From contig JACPGJ010000002.1 of assembly GCA_016182555.1 (NCBI GenBank), positions 48,040 to 112,039 on the forward strand: DNA of 64,000 nucleotides, written 5' to 3'. Position 1 is the stretch's first letter; the number at the start of each line of letters is the position of its first letter. Below, in pieces: positions 18,419 to 28,334 of this stretch. This DNA comes from Candidatus Kerfeldbacteria bacterium (GTDB lineage Bacteria; Patescibacteriota; Patescibacteriia; UBA9570; XYC2-FULL-38-9). The notes below the pieces were generated by a model. The model was not told the DNA's origin. It ran no database searches and worked only from the letters and a program-made list of their open reading frames with translations. The translations under genes and the position numbers were made by a program.

Positions 18419-20275
18419 ATGCCTGAAGAACGCATTCCATTTCATCATAAGCATCTGCCTAGTCTGACTAAATGGACGCGTGCAGCATGTTGGAAATTGA
18501 GTCATTTGTATTTCCCGATTGTTATTCACTACATGACAGATAAATATACAGGTCGTTTGCACCATTTTGTGGTGGATATGATTTATGTGGTATTTACGGT
18601 TATTTTTGCGGCAGCAAATATTGGCCTAGCGATGTGGTTTTATTTGTATTTTACTCCAGCGGATATTGATGTGCATGCTGTTACCACAGCACATATTGTT
18701 AGTGGGAACGACACGGTCGTTTCCGTCGTGTATAAAAATGATAGCCGCGCTATTGATGATGTCGCGATTGAAGTATTTTTACCAGATGGGTTTATTCCGG
18801 CTGCGAGCACGAATGGCAACAATACCGGACAGCCGACCTATGTGAGCCTGGGGCATCTAGAACCATACGCGCAAGGATTGATTGAAATTCCAGGAGCGAT
18901 GTTTGGAGATGTTGATCATACCTATGCTGTTCGTGCGATGACGTCTTATACCTCCTTCAAACAACGCCATGAACAATTTACTACCCAACATTTTACTGTT
19001 GAAGGTACGTCGTTTGATGTGCGTGTGCAATTTCCTGATACCGTAACGTACGATACCGCTATTGAAGGCACCGTGCACTATACCAATAATAGTCATTATG
19101 ATTTAGATACGGCTACATTTACTTTGAATTTTCCAACCAATTTTGCGATAGATTCTATTGACTATAATACGACGAATGGAGCATTTGATGCAGCGCATCC
19201 GGAATTGACTATTACTGGTATTGCCGCGAATGAAGAAGGAGATTTGGTTGTGCATGGGCGGTTTATCAGAACCGATATTGCCCTAAGCGGAGACCAACAA
19301 AGTGAATTTTTGGTCAGCGTGCGTATCACTGTTGGTGGTGAAACGAGTGCTGTATCGAACCAAGTGGTGTTTGCCTCACCAGACGAACATACCGGTATTC
19401 GAGTAATCACCCCGCGATTAAGCGCTTCGATAACCGGAACGAGTATTGCCCGATTTGGGGATACAATTAGTGCGACAATCGTTGTAAATAATATTGGCGA
19501 TAGCCCCATTGAACAGATTGCTCTTTTTGGCGATATGCATGGGTCACCATTGCTTACCCATTCAGCAACCGTTCACTTAAACGATAATGGGGTGAATAGT
19601 CAGGTGACTGGCGCACAAACTGCTGGAGCAAACCGTATTCCGTTTCCAGTGCTTAGCCAATTGCCAGTGGGAGAAAGCCGAACCTTTACTATCAGTATTC
19701 CAACCAGTGCAGTAGATGCACAACAAGTCTCATCAAGTTTGTCCGTTTTTGGCAGCGGCTATTCACCCGAATTAGATGTGCAGATTGGTTTGCCGAGTAT
19801 GGCTATTGCGACCAAATATGATTCACAGGTCGACCTGTCATCTGCACTCTATTATTATGGGCCAAATGGGGAAGAGCTGGGATATGGCCCGTATCCACCA
19901 CAAGCTTGGCAGCCAACGGCGATGCGCGTCGTATTGAAAGTAGAAAATGTGAATAACCCATTGCGGAATGTGGTGATTCGAGCAACACTTCCTGGCCAAG
20001 TAGAATGGACAAATTTGTATAGCGTTACGGCTGGTTCAGAATTGCTTTGGAACTCCGCCACACGCACCATAGAATGGCATATTGATACCCTGGATCCACA
20101 AAGTAGCGGTTACGGCGCGCAATTTGAGGTCGTTCTTACGCCAAATCATTTGCAAATTGGGCTAACGCCTCACCTGGCTGACAATATACAACTCACGGCA
20201 ACGGACCAATATACTGGGCGTGTTATTAGTGCCCCGGGTGGTGCTGTGGTTTTGCCTGTGGCTGTTGTTCAATAA
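18419..20275 (+). CDS. Membrane-anchored beta-sandwich (DUF11/CARDB-like) surface protein
   Basis: One N-terminal TM followed by Thr/Val-rich Ig-like modules. Confidence 0.7.
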   Translation: MPEERIPFHHKHLPSLTKWTRAACWKLSHLYFPIVIHYMTDKYTGRLHHFVVDMIYVVFTVIFAAANIGLAMWFYLYFTPADIDVHAVTTAHIVSGNDTVVSVVYKNDSRAIDDVAIEVFLPDGFIPAASTNGNNTGQPTYVSLGHLEPYAQGLIEIPGAMFGDVDHTYAVRAMTSYTSFKQRHEQFTTQHFTVEGTSFDVRVQFPDTVTYDTAIEGTVHYTNNSHYDLDTATFTLNFPTNFAIDSIDYNTTNGAFDAAHPELTITGIAANEEGDLVVHGRFIRTDIALSGDQQSEFLVSVRITVGGETSAVSNQVVFASPDEHTGIRVITPRLSASITGTSIARFGDTISATIVVNNIGDSPIEQIALFGDMHGSPLLTHSATVHLNDNGVNSQVTGAQTAGANRIPFPVLSQLPVGESRTFTISIPTSAVDAQQVSSSLSVFGSGYSPELDVQIGLPSMAIATKYDSQVDLSSALYYYGPNGEELGYGPYPPQAWQPTAMRVVLKVENVNNPLRNVVIRATLPGQVEWTNLYSVTAGSELLWNSATRTIEWHIDTLDPQSSGYGAQFEVVLTPNHLQIGLTPHLADNIQLTATDQYTGRVISAPGGAVVLPVAVVQ

Positions 20276-20350
20276 ATTTTCCTTACATTAGCAATTTTTT
20301 ATAGGACAAACTGGTCTTTTTTTTGTGGGTTCTTTGGCCCATTTTACCTA

Positions 20351-20379
20351 TTGACAAAAATCAAAAGTTGTGCTAAGTT
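20351..20379 (+). promoter_or_regulatory. Sigma70-like promoter
   Basis: TTGACA-N17-TAAGTT; flanks resemble 4361-4406. Confidence 0.65.
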
Positions 20380-20405
20380 CTAGGGTCTTTTAAAACAGAC
20401 ACCCT

Positions 20406-23400
20406 ATGAAAATAGCTATGATTGGCCAAAAAGGAATACCCGCAACCTGGGGTGGCGTCGAACAACACGTCGACCATCTTAGCCAGGAATTGCGTGCGCT
20501 CGGGCACGAAATTTTTGTCTATTCTCGGGAGTATTATGTGAGTCCAAGCTTTGTTGCTGCCTATAATAAACAGCAGGCTGGTATTCAGGTGATCTCTTTA
20601 CCCACCATTCAATCCAAAAATATTGATACGATTGTCCATACGTTTCTAGCGACCATGCACGCCATTCTTTTTGTGAAGCCAGATATCTATCATTTCCATA
20701 GCGTTGGACCGTCGTTATTATCGTGGTTGCCTCGGGTGTTGCGCCCACGAGCGAAAGTGATTGTGACATTTCATTGCGAAGATCGATTGCACCAAAAATG
20801 GGGGCGTTTTGCGCGTTTTATGCTTACGCTTGGTGAATGGACGGCTACACACTTTCCACACCAAACGATTACCGTTTCCAAAACATTGACAGCCTATGCA
20901 TTGGAGAAATACGGGTGCACCGGAGTATATATCCCAAACGGCGTAGATATTGTGGCGCCATTGGCTCCGGCACAAATTACTGAACAGTGGGGTTTAACGC
21001 AAGGAAATTATATGTTGACCGTTGCGCGTTTAGTTCGCCATAAAGGAGTGCATCATTTAATTGAAGCGTTCAAGAAAACAACCACGGATAAAAAATTAGT
21101 GATCGTTGGTGGTTCAACGCATACAGATGAATACGTTCAATATTTGCACAAACTCGCTGGCGATGACCGTCGTATTATCTTCACTGGTTTTCAACGTGGC
21201 ACGGTATTAAATGAATTATTTGCAAATGCCTATCTGTATATACAGCCGTCTGAATCAGAAGGCTTGTCTGTAGCCGTATTGGAAGCTGCCAGTTTTGCTC
21301 GCCCGATTGTGGCTAGTGATATTCCAGCCAATGCAGAGATTGTCGCAGGTAACGGATTGCTCTTCCGTAACATGGATACGACAGATCTACAGAAGCAGCT
21401 CCTATTTGGCTTAGAACACACAGCGCAGATGAGAGAGGCTGGTAAGCAATTGCAGCGCCATATTCAGAAAGAGTATAATTGGCAGGCTATTGCGAAAGAG
21501 GTGAATACCGTATATAATCATTTATCTATAAATAAGCAAAAAATTATGTCGTATGCTATCCCAGTTCGTCATATGAAACGCATCATTCCATTTCTATTCT
21601 TCGCCGTGGTGAGTATTGGATTCTTTATGGTGTCTACACGTGCGGTTTCCGCCGCAACATTTACCGTGAATGGTACGGTAGATGATTATGATAATAGTCC
21701 TGCTGATGAAGAATGTATGGGGGAAAAAACCAACCTGTGTACATTGCGTGCGGCTATTATGGAAGCAAATGAACTTCCTGGAGAAGATACAGTATATCTT
21801 CCTGCTGGTACCTATCTGTTGGGTATTCCTGGTGCAGATGAAGACTCTGGATTTATGGGAGACTTGGATATAAAAGATGAGTTGGTGATTATCGGTGATG
21901 GTTCAGGAACAACCGTCATTCAACCACAAGAGATGTCCGGATTTGATGATCGTGTGTTTGACATATTAGAAACCGGTCAGTTGACCCTTCAGGGTATTAT
22001 GGTGACGGGTATGGCATATACGAATGATTATTGTAGTGGAATGATTATTCAGAATTATAGCGAGGCACCGTTAGTGATCGATGATGTGCGTGTGGAAAAT
22101 GTGACCTGTGAAGCACCAACGATATATGGTGGATTGATTGCCAGTTGGAGTGATGCCCAGATGACCATATCCAATAGCGTTTTTGATCAAGCGACGTTAA
22201 TTATTTCTGGTAATTATGCCGGAGTCATTGGTGGAGGAATATTGACGTATGGAAATGTACAATTGAATAATACGACCATTAGTAATATTTCCGTTCAAGG
22301 TTCCGGAACTCAGTTAACCTATGTGTATGGGCTTGGTGTGTATGCGAGTACCGTAGAGATGGATCATTCACGTATTGTCAATAACACGGCTTCTACGGAT
22401 GGATATGGAGAAATGCGTGGTGCTGGTATGATGACCTCTGTCGGAACTATTCAGCATAGTACCGTGAATGGTAATAGTTTTTCTGCCAATGAAGGATTGG
22501 TTGGTGGTGCTGGTATTCATGGTTATGAATTTACGCTTCTGAATAGTACGATCACTGATAATAGCGCTTTGGTAACGAATGGAGAAAGTTATGGTGCAGG
22601 TATCATGACTGAAGGCGGTGGTCGTGTAACGATTATGCATAGCACGATCAGTAATAATGTTTCTCATCAATCCGGTAGTCAAATTTATAATTTTTCTTCC
22701 ACTCCGATCATGATGAGCGGTTCTATTGTCAACAGCGAAGAATCGGTGGAGAATTGTGATATCTATGATTCCACGATATCCGTTACGGATTCTGGGGGGT
22801 ATAACATAGATAACGGAAATAGTTGCGGATTTTCTGAAAGCACTGACCAGGTGAATACCGACCCATTGCTGGATGAGAATGGTTTGGCAGATAACGGTGG
22901 TTCTACACTCACGATTGCATTGCAGGCTGCTTCTCCAGCAATCAATGTTGTTCCAGAAACGGCGTGTCTTAATTTGGTTGATCAACGTGACGTCGCGCGA
23001 GATTCACTCTGTGATGTTGGTGCATATGAATATGTGGATACGTCTGCTCCGGTGGTCACGGTGATTGGTTCGAATGCAATGGATATAGAGTGTCGAGTGA
23101 CATACACAGATTTAGGAGCGACAGCAACAGATGATGTTGATGGTGATTTGACGAACACGATTAGCACAACGAATCCTGTGGATGTGAATACCACTGGTGC
23201 ATATACAGTCAATTATGCTGTTGTAGATTTTGCGAATAATGCTCATTCCGCTACACGAACCGTGAACGTTCTTGATACCCTTGCTCCAAGCATGGTCATG
23301 AACGGCGCATCTTCTGTCGAAATTGCGCAAGGTGAAACGTATGTCGATAGTGGTGTAACAGCAACAGATGGTTGTGACAGTACGGTGGAGGTGACGACAA

Positions 23401-24116
23401 CGAATGCCGTGAATACGGCGGTGGCTGGTACGTACACCGTTACGTATACGGCGACGGATGATTCTGGCAATAGTAGTGATACACTGAATCGTACGGTGGT
23501 TGTGGTAGCGGCTGCTGTGACAGAAACTCCAGATAATAATGGAGAAGACAATGGAGGAGATGATGTTGAGGAGGTCGTGGATGAAACACCTGATGCAGAA
23601 GAAGAGGTGCGTTCGATCATTTCTGTTTCACCGACAGAGGATGGCACACTCGTGATTACTTATGAAGATGGAAGCAGTGCAGTTATTACGCCTTTTGATG
23701 GCAATGCGGATTTCCAGTATGTCATGAGCGGCGTTGCAGATCGTGTTATTGTCACGAATGGCAAGTTCGTGCGTTTATATGTGCATGGTGAACGTGTTGC
23801 GCAACAGCGTATCAATAAGAAAAAGCCAAAATTTGTGCAATTGACACTCGCACAGATGTTTGATGGTTATGAATCCATTGTCCTATTGACCAAGCGACAG
23901 GGAAAATTGAAGACCACGGCAGTACGCGTCACCAGTGATAATGATTTTACGAAACACAAACGTCGTGTACAGCAATTAACGGATGGACAATCTTCAAAAG
24001 AACTTGGGTTGACAGTGAAAGAAGATAAGCATCGCATTCTCGTGAGTATTGGTAAAAAAGAAATGATATACAAACTGACGAAAAAAGGAATATTGAAAGA
24101 GATTGTAAACGAATAA
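20406..24116 (+). CDS. GT4 glycosyltransferase fused in frame to a CSLREA/choice-of-anchor-Q/DUF5011 surface protein
   Basis: GT4 to about aa 375; internal MKRIIPFLFFAVVSIGFF signal at 21573; CTLRAAIMEAN, LADNGGSTLTIALQAASPAI, YTDLGATATDDVDGDL; no stop between the parts. Confidence 0.8.
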   Translation: MKIAMIGQKGIPATWGGVEQHVDHLSQELRALGHEIFVYSREYYVSPSFVAAYNKQQAGIQVISLPTIQSKNIDTIVHTFLATMHAILFVKPDIYHFHSVGPSLLSWLPRVLRPRAKVIVTFHCEDRLHQKWGRFARFMLTLGEWTATHFPHQTITVSKTLTAYALEKYGCTGVYIPNGVDIVAPLAPAQITEQWGLTQGNYMLTVARLVRHKGVHHLIEAFKKTTTDKKLVIVGGSTHTDEYVQYLHKLAGDDRRIIFTGFQRGTVLNELFANAYLYIQPSESEGLSVAVLEAASFARPIVASDIPANAEIVAGNGLLFRNMDTTDLQKQLLFGLEHTAQMREAGKQLQRHIQKEYNWQAIAKEVNTVYNHLSINKQKIMSYAIPVRHMKRIIPFLFFAVVSIGFFMVSTRAVSAATFTVNGTVDDYDNSPADEECMGEKTNLCTLRAAIMEANELPGEDTVYLPAGTYLLGIPGADEDSGFMGDLDIKDELVIIGDGSGTTVIQPQEMSGFDDRVFDILETGQLTLQGIMVTGMAYTNDYCSGMIIQNYSEAPLVIDDVRVENVTCEAPTIYGGLIASWSDAQMTISNSVFDQATLIISGNYAGVIGGGILTYGNVQLNNTTISNISVQGSGTQLTYVYGLGVYASTVEMDHSRIVNNTASTDGYGEMRGAGMMTSVGTIQHSTVNGNSFSANEGLVGGAGIHGYEFTLLNSTITDNSALVTNGESYGAGIMTEGGGRVTIMHSTISNNVSHQSGSQIYNFSSTPIMMSGSIVNSEESVENCDIYDSTISVTDSGGYNIDNGNSCGFSESTDQVNTDPLLDENGLADNGGSTLTIALQAASPAINVVPETACLNLVDQRDVARDSLCDVGAYEYVDTSAPVVTVIGSNAMDIECRVTYTDLGATATDDVDGDLTNTISTTNPVDVNTTGAYTVNYAVVDFANNAHSATRTVNVLDTLAPSMVMNGASSVEIAQGETYVDSGVTATDGCDSTVEVTTTNAVNTAVAGTYTVTYTATDDSGNSSDTLNRTVVVVAAAVTETPDNNGEDNGGDDVEEVVDETPDAEEEVRSIISVSPTEDGTLVITYEDGSSAVITPFDGNADFQYVMSGVADRVIVTNGKFVRLYVHGERVAQQRINKKKPKFVQLTLAQMFDGYESIVLLTKRQGKLKTTAVRVTSDNDFTKHKRRVQQLTDGQSSKELGLTVKEDKHRILVSIGKKEMIYKLTKKGILKEIVNE

Positions 24117-24126
24117 GAGATTCTTG

Positions 24127-24161
24127 AGACCGCCTCTTCACAGGGGCGGTCTTTTGTTTTT
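24127..24161 (+). terminator. Intrinsic terminator
   Basis: AGACCGCCTC/GGGGCGGTCT stem plus T-run. Confidence 0.75.
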
Positions 24162-24193
24162 CATGATTTTTTGATAGAGTAGATGGTGTTGAT

Positions 24194-24643
24194 ATGAAAG
24201 TGACCGTTTTTCAATTTATGCGTTTTACCATCGTCGGTGCAACCAATACTGTTCTTGATGCGTTCATCTATATTGCATTGACGCGGAGTACAGATTTTTT
24301 TCACCGTTGGTACTTACTTGCGGCCGCAATCGCTTTTTTTCTTTCCAGCGCAAACAGTTTTTTTTGGAATAAGCATTGGACGTTTAAAGATGGTATACAC
24401 TATTCCCATGCTCAGCTGATGCGTTTTTTTATGGTGGCAGGCGTGGCATTTTTTCTTAATGAAATTTTACTGTGGTTGTGTGTAGAGTTTTTTCATGTAC
24501 ATGACATTGTTGCAAAATTACTCGCATCTATTGGCGCGGGTGGAATTAATTTTTTGATGCAGAAATTTTGGACATTTCCTATTGTTGATTATGAGGGTGG
24601 AGTTGGCGACGAGGAAAAAAGCGAGTATACTAGTCATATATGA
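24194..24643 (+). CDS. GtrA family protein
   Basis: RFTIVGATNT, NSFFWNKHWTF, four TMs. Confidence 0.88.
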   Translation: MKVTVFQFMRFTIVGATNTVLDAFIYIALTRSTDFFHRWYLLAAAIAFFLSSANSFFWNKHWTFKDGIHYSHAQLMRFFMVAGVAFFLNEILLWLCVEFFHVHDIVAKLLASIGAGGINFLMQKFWTFPIVDYEGGVGDEEKSEYTSHI

Positions 24644-25665
24644 ACGGCAAACAAACTATTTTTGATAAAAAAAATGTTTTAGTCATTGGTGGTGCAGGGT
24701 TTATTGGTTCGCATTTGTGTGACGCACTGGTGAAAACAGCAAAGGTTATTTGTATTGATAATTATGCTAGTGGCGGGGTAGAGAATATCTCTCATTTATT
24801 GCAGAATCCGAATTTCACGTTTATTCGTCATGATATGAGCGAACCGATTGATTTAGAATTGTTACCAGAGTCTGAATTATTCCAGGTCAAATTTCAAGGT
24901 ATTCAGGAAATATATTATTTAGCCTGCCCAACCATTCAACTGGGTTTTGAAGAGTATGCTGTGGCGACAGCGCGTGCCAATTCCCTCGGTGTCGTGAATG
25001 CTCTCGGTATTGCGAAACGGTATCATGCAAAATTTTTGTTTGGCTCCAGCCGTGCGGTGTACGGTGACCCATTACAAGGCCAAGAAAGTTTTTCTGAAGA
25101 TTATTGGGGCTTTGTTGATTTTTTGAACGAACGTGCCTGTTACAATTCTGGAAAGCGTTTTGCCGAAACACTCACCATGACCTATCATCGGTCATATAAA
25201 TTAGATACAAAAATTGCTCGCATTTTTAATATTTATGGTCCGCGCATGCGTTTGAATTCCGGCCGCATGATTCCTGATTTTGTTCGCGCAGCCATTGACC
25301 GGCAAGATTTGAAAATGTATGGCGATGGTTCATCGACGGAAAGTTTTTGTTATGTGGATGATTTGGTTCAAGGGTTGATGATTTTAATGCAATCGAACGT
25401 CAATGAGCCGGTGAATTTAGGGAGTGCGGAGACACACCAAATGATTGAAGTGGCCAAAATGATTATTGAATTGGTTGATTCCAAGTCGAACATTTTGTTT
25501 GAAGATGCGATTGCTGGTTTGGTAAAACCCGCATTGCCAGATATTAGCCGTGCAAAACATTTGCTGGGCTGGTTTCCCGTGACGGATATTCATACTGGCT
25601 TGCAGCGTACGGTTGAGAATATGCTTGGTTCTCGTGTGCTGACCTATACACCACCGACATCTTGA
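24640..25665 (+). CDS. NAD-dependent epimerase/dehydratase, UDP-glucuronate decarboxylase-like
   Basis: GGAGFIGSHL, YNSGK (YxxxK), RIFNIYGPRM; adjacent to ugd. Confidence 0.85.
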   Translation: MNGKQTIFDKKNVLVIGGAGFIGSHLCDALVKTAKVICIDNYASGGVENISHLLQNPNFTFIRHDMSEPIDLELLPESELFQVKFQGIQEIYYLACPTIQLGFEEYAVATARANSLGVVNALGIAKRYHAKFLFGSSRAVYGDPLQGQESFSEDYWGFVDFLNERACYNSGKRFAETLTMTYHRSYKLDTKIARIFNIYGPRMRLNSGRMIPDFVRAAIDRQDLKMYGDGSSTESFCYVDDLVQGLMILMQSNVNEPVNLGSAETHQMIEVAKMIIELVDSKSNILFEDAIAGLVKPALPDISRAKHLLGWFPVTDIHTGLQRTVENMLGSRVLTYTPPTS

Positions 25666-25738
25666 CTTGCGGCAGTATTTTTCCTATGATATTTGGGCGA
25701 AAGAGCTATTTTTTTATTATATAAATTTTGAGCATGTT

Positions 25739-27052
25739 ATGAATATTATTGTTGTTGGTACCGGGTATGTGGGGTTGGTGAGTGGTGCGTGTTTGGCAGA
25801 AATTGGACACACGGTAACTTGTGTTGATATTGACCAGAAAAAAATTGACGCACTCAAAAATGGAAAAATTCCCATTTTTGAACCCGGCCTCGAAACCATG
25901 GTAATGAACAATGTGCAATCTGGTCACCTGCGTTTTACTACAAAGTTAGCCGAGAATTTCGCTGATGCTGAAGTTGTGGTGATCGCGGTAGGAACGCCAT
26001 CGCGTCCAGATGGCCATGCCGATTTACAATATGTGTATGCCGTTGCCGAAGAAATTGGTGCGCAGATAACAGATTATACAGTTGTGGTGAATAAGAGCAC
26101 GGTGCCGGTGGGAACGGGTCGCGCTGTTGAAGATATTATTCGGAAAACCTATAGCGGTGAATTTGCAGTAGTGTCTTGCCCAGAGTTTTTACGTGAAGGT
26201 TCTGCGGTGGATGATTTTATGCACCCGGACCGTATTGTGATTGGTACACGCAATGACCGCGCCGCGAAAGTGATGCTGGATTTGTTTGCCAAAATTAAAG
26301 GAGAGAAGTTAGTGACGACTGTAGAAAGCGCCGAAATTATCAAATATGCTTCAAATGCCTTCCTTGCCACAAAGATTTCTTTCATCAATGAAATTGCCCA
26401 TTTGTGTGAACGTGCGGGTGGAGATATTGAAGAAGTGGCGTATGGTATTGGTTTAGACCAACGTATTGGGCCGAAATTTTTGAGTGCCGGTATTGGATGG
26501 GGTGGATCATGCTTTCCAAAAGATGTGCGTGCGTTGGAACAAATTGGTGGTTTGCACGGATATGATTTTCGTTTGTTGAAAGCGGTGATTGAAGTGAATA
26601 ATCATCAACGCATGCATTTTGTAGAAAAAATGAAAGAACATTTTGGTGGCAGTGTGAATGGTAAACGTATCGCCGTGCTTGGTTTGGCATTTAAAGGCAA
26701 CACCGATGATGTTCGTGAATCTGCCGCGATTGATATTATTTCTGCGCTCGTGAAAGAAGGTGCGACAGTGAGCGCGTTTGATTATGAAGCCGTCACAAAT
26801 ACAAAACAAGTATTAGCCGATGTGCCGGTGGACTATGCTGTTGACCCCTATGCCGCTGTTGCTGGTGCAGATGCGGTGGTCATTGCCACAGATTGGCCCC
26901 AATTTAAAGATTTGGATTGGAAGCGTATCAGTCAAACAGTGGGAACGCCGGTGGTGTTTGATGGTCGAAATATGTTTAATCCACAACGTATGCGCAGCGA
27001 ATATGGCTTTACTTATTATTCGATTGGACGGCCGAGCGCTACTGTAGCATAA
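25739..27052 (+). CDS. ugd: UDP-glucose 6-dehydrogenase
   Basis: GTGYVGL, KSTVPVGT, PEFLREG, GGSCFPKD. Confidence 0.95.
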   Translation: MNIIVVGTGYVGLVSGACLAEIGHTVTCVDIDQKKIDALKNGKIPIFEPGLETMVMNNVQSGHLRFTTKLAENFADAEVVVIAVGTPSRPDGHADLQYVYAVAEEIGAQITDYTVVVNKSTVPVGTGRAVEDIIRKTYSGEFAVVSCPEFLREGSAVDDFMHPDRIVIGTRNDRAAKVMLDLFAKIKGEKLVTTVESAEIIKYASNAFLATKISFINEIAHLCERAGGDIEEVAYGIGLDQRIGPKFLSAGIGWGGSCFPKDVRALEQIGGLHGYDFRLLKAVIEVNNHQRMHFVEKMKEHFGGSVNGKRIAVLGLAFKGNTDDVRESAAIDIISALVKEGATVSAFDYEAVTNTKQVLADVPVDYAVDPYAAVAGADAVVIATDWPQFKDLDWKRISQTVGTPVVFDGRNMFNPQRMRSEYGFTYYSIGRPSATVA

Positions 27053-27059
27053 TGAATGT

Positions 27060-28031
27060 ATGAAAAAGCTTATTGTCACGATTCCCGCATTCAATGAAGA
27101 GGAAAATATTGCCGAAGTGATTCGTGAAATTCCACGAACGATTCCGGGTATCGATTGTGTAGAAGTATTGGTTTTTGATGATGGGTCTACTGACCGAACA
27201 TGTGAACTTGCTCGTGCTGCTGGTGCTGAACATATTCGTACACATGCACGTAATAAAGGTTTGGCGATTACGTTTAAAGAATCGTTGTGGGAAGCATTAC
27301 AATTGGGCGCAGACATTATTGTGAACACCGATGGCGACAATCATTATGACCAATCACGCATTCCGGAGCTCGTTGCACCGATTTTGGCTGGAGCTGCTGA
27401 TATTACGATCGGTTCTCGGAAAGTCGCAGAGCTCGAGCACATGCCATTTCTGAATAAACATTTGAATAGAATTGGGAGTTATGTGTTGACGAAGTGGGTG
27501 GGCATGCCGCGGATGGATGTGTCCACTGGCTACCGTGGCTATTCACGCACTGCCGCGATTCAACTGGGCGTCTATTCGTTACATACATACGTGCATACTA
27601 CGCTGCTTTCCGCGCAAGATTTGCATTTGAATATTTTGGAAGTGCCGATTAAAGCCCGCAAAGTGACGCGTCGTTCGCGGTTGATTAAGAGTATTCCGAG
27701 TCATTTGTGGAAGGCGAGTGTGAATATTGTTCGTAATGTGGTGTTATTTCGACCGTTGCGTTTTTTCGGTATTTGTTCTGTAGTGTTGTTTGGCGTTGGA
27801 GCCGCAGCCATCAGTCGGTTCCTCTATTTTTATTTTATTGATGGTGGTCGTGGCCATGTGCAATCATTGATTCTTGCTGGAGTATTGATCATTCTCAGTT
27901 TCAATAGCTTGATGCTTGGGTTCTTGGGGTCTTCTATGGGGTGGTCGCGTAAAATTAGTGAAGAGATATTATTTTTTATTAAGAAAAGAGAATTAGAACA
28001 ATACACACATGACAAAGTTGATCACAATTAG
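27060..28031 (+). CDS. GT2 glycosyltransferase (polyprenol-phosphate glycosyltransferase-like) with C-terminal TMs
   Basis: IPAFNEEE, DDGSTD, NTDGDNHY. Confidence 0.9.
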   Translation: MKKLIVTIPAFNEEENIAEVIREIPRTIPGIDCVEVLVFDDGSTDRTCELARAAGAEHIRTHARNKGLAITFKESLWEALQLGADIIVNTDGDNHYDQSRIPELVAPILAGAADITIGSRKVAELEHMPFLNKHLNRIGSYVLTKWVGMPRMDVSTGYRGYSRTAAIQLGVYSLHTYVHTTLLSAQDLHLNILEVPIKARKVTRRSRLIKSIPSHLWKASVNIVRNVVLFRPLRFFGICSVVLFGVGAAAISRFLYFYFIDGGRGHVQSLILAGVLIILSFNSLMLGFLGSSMGWSRKISEEILFFIKKRELEQYTHDKVDHN

Positions 28032-28212
28032 CGACCAGCTCTTTTTAGAGCTTGAAGGAGTGCTCAAAAAAAAAGGAGGCGCTGCAGATATTCATGCCTA
28101 CGTGGAGGAATTGTTGCAAAAAGCCTTGCTTGCCGAAACCGATGGCATTTATAAGCCACACGATGAAGCAGAGATTCGTGATCGGTTGAAATCGCTTGGG
28201 TACATTGATTAA
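28009..28212 (+). CDS. Small RHH/CopG-like protein with RLxxLGYID tail
   Basis: N-terminal ITISDQLF strand-helix; ends EIRDRLKSLGYID; paralogue at 38832. Confidence 0.75.
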   Translation: MTKLITISDQLFLELEGVLKKKGGAADIHAYVEELLQKALLAETDGIYKPHDEAEIRDRLKSLGYID

Positions 28213-28226
28213 ACGTATTGGTGTGC

Positions 28227-28308
28227 TACGACCTTCACGCCAATTCTTCGAGAGCTTCGTTTTGCTTCGCAAATACGTGCTCTCTCCAGAATTGTCGTTA
28301 CGGTCGTA
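28227..28308 (-). repeat. 52-nt-core palindromic intergenic repeat, copy 1 (inverted)
   Basis: Core 28242-28293 is the reverse complement of AATTCTGGAGAGAGCACGTATTTGCGAAGCAAAACGAAGCTCTCGAAGAATT. Confidence 0.9.
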
Positions 28309-28334
28309 CATATAACCACTAACTTATTATATTT

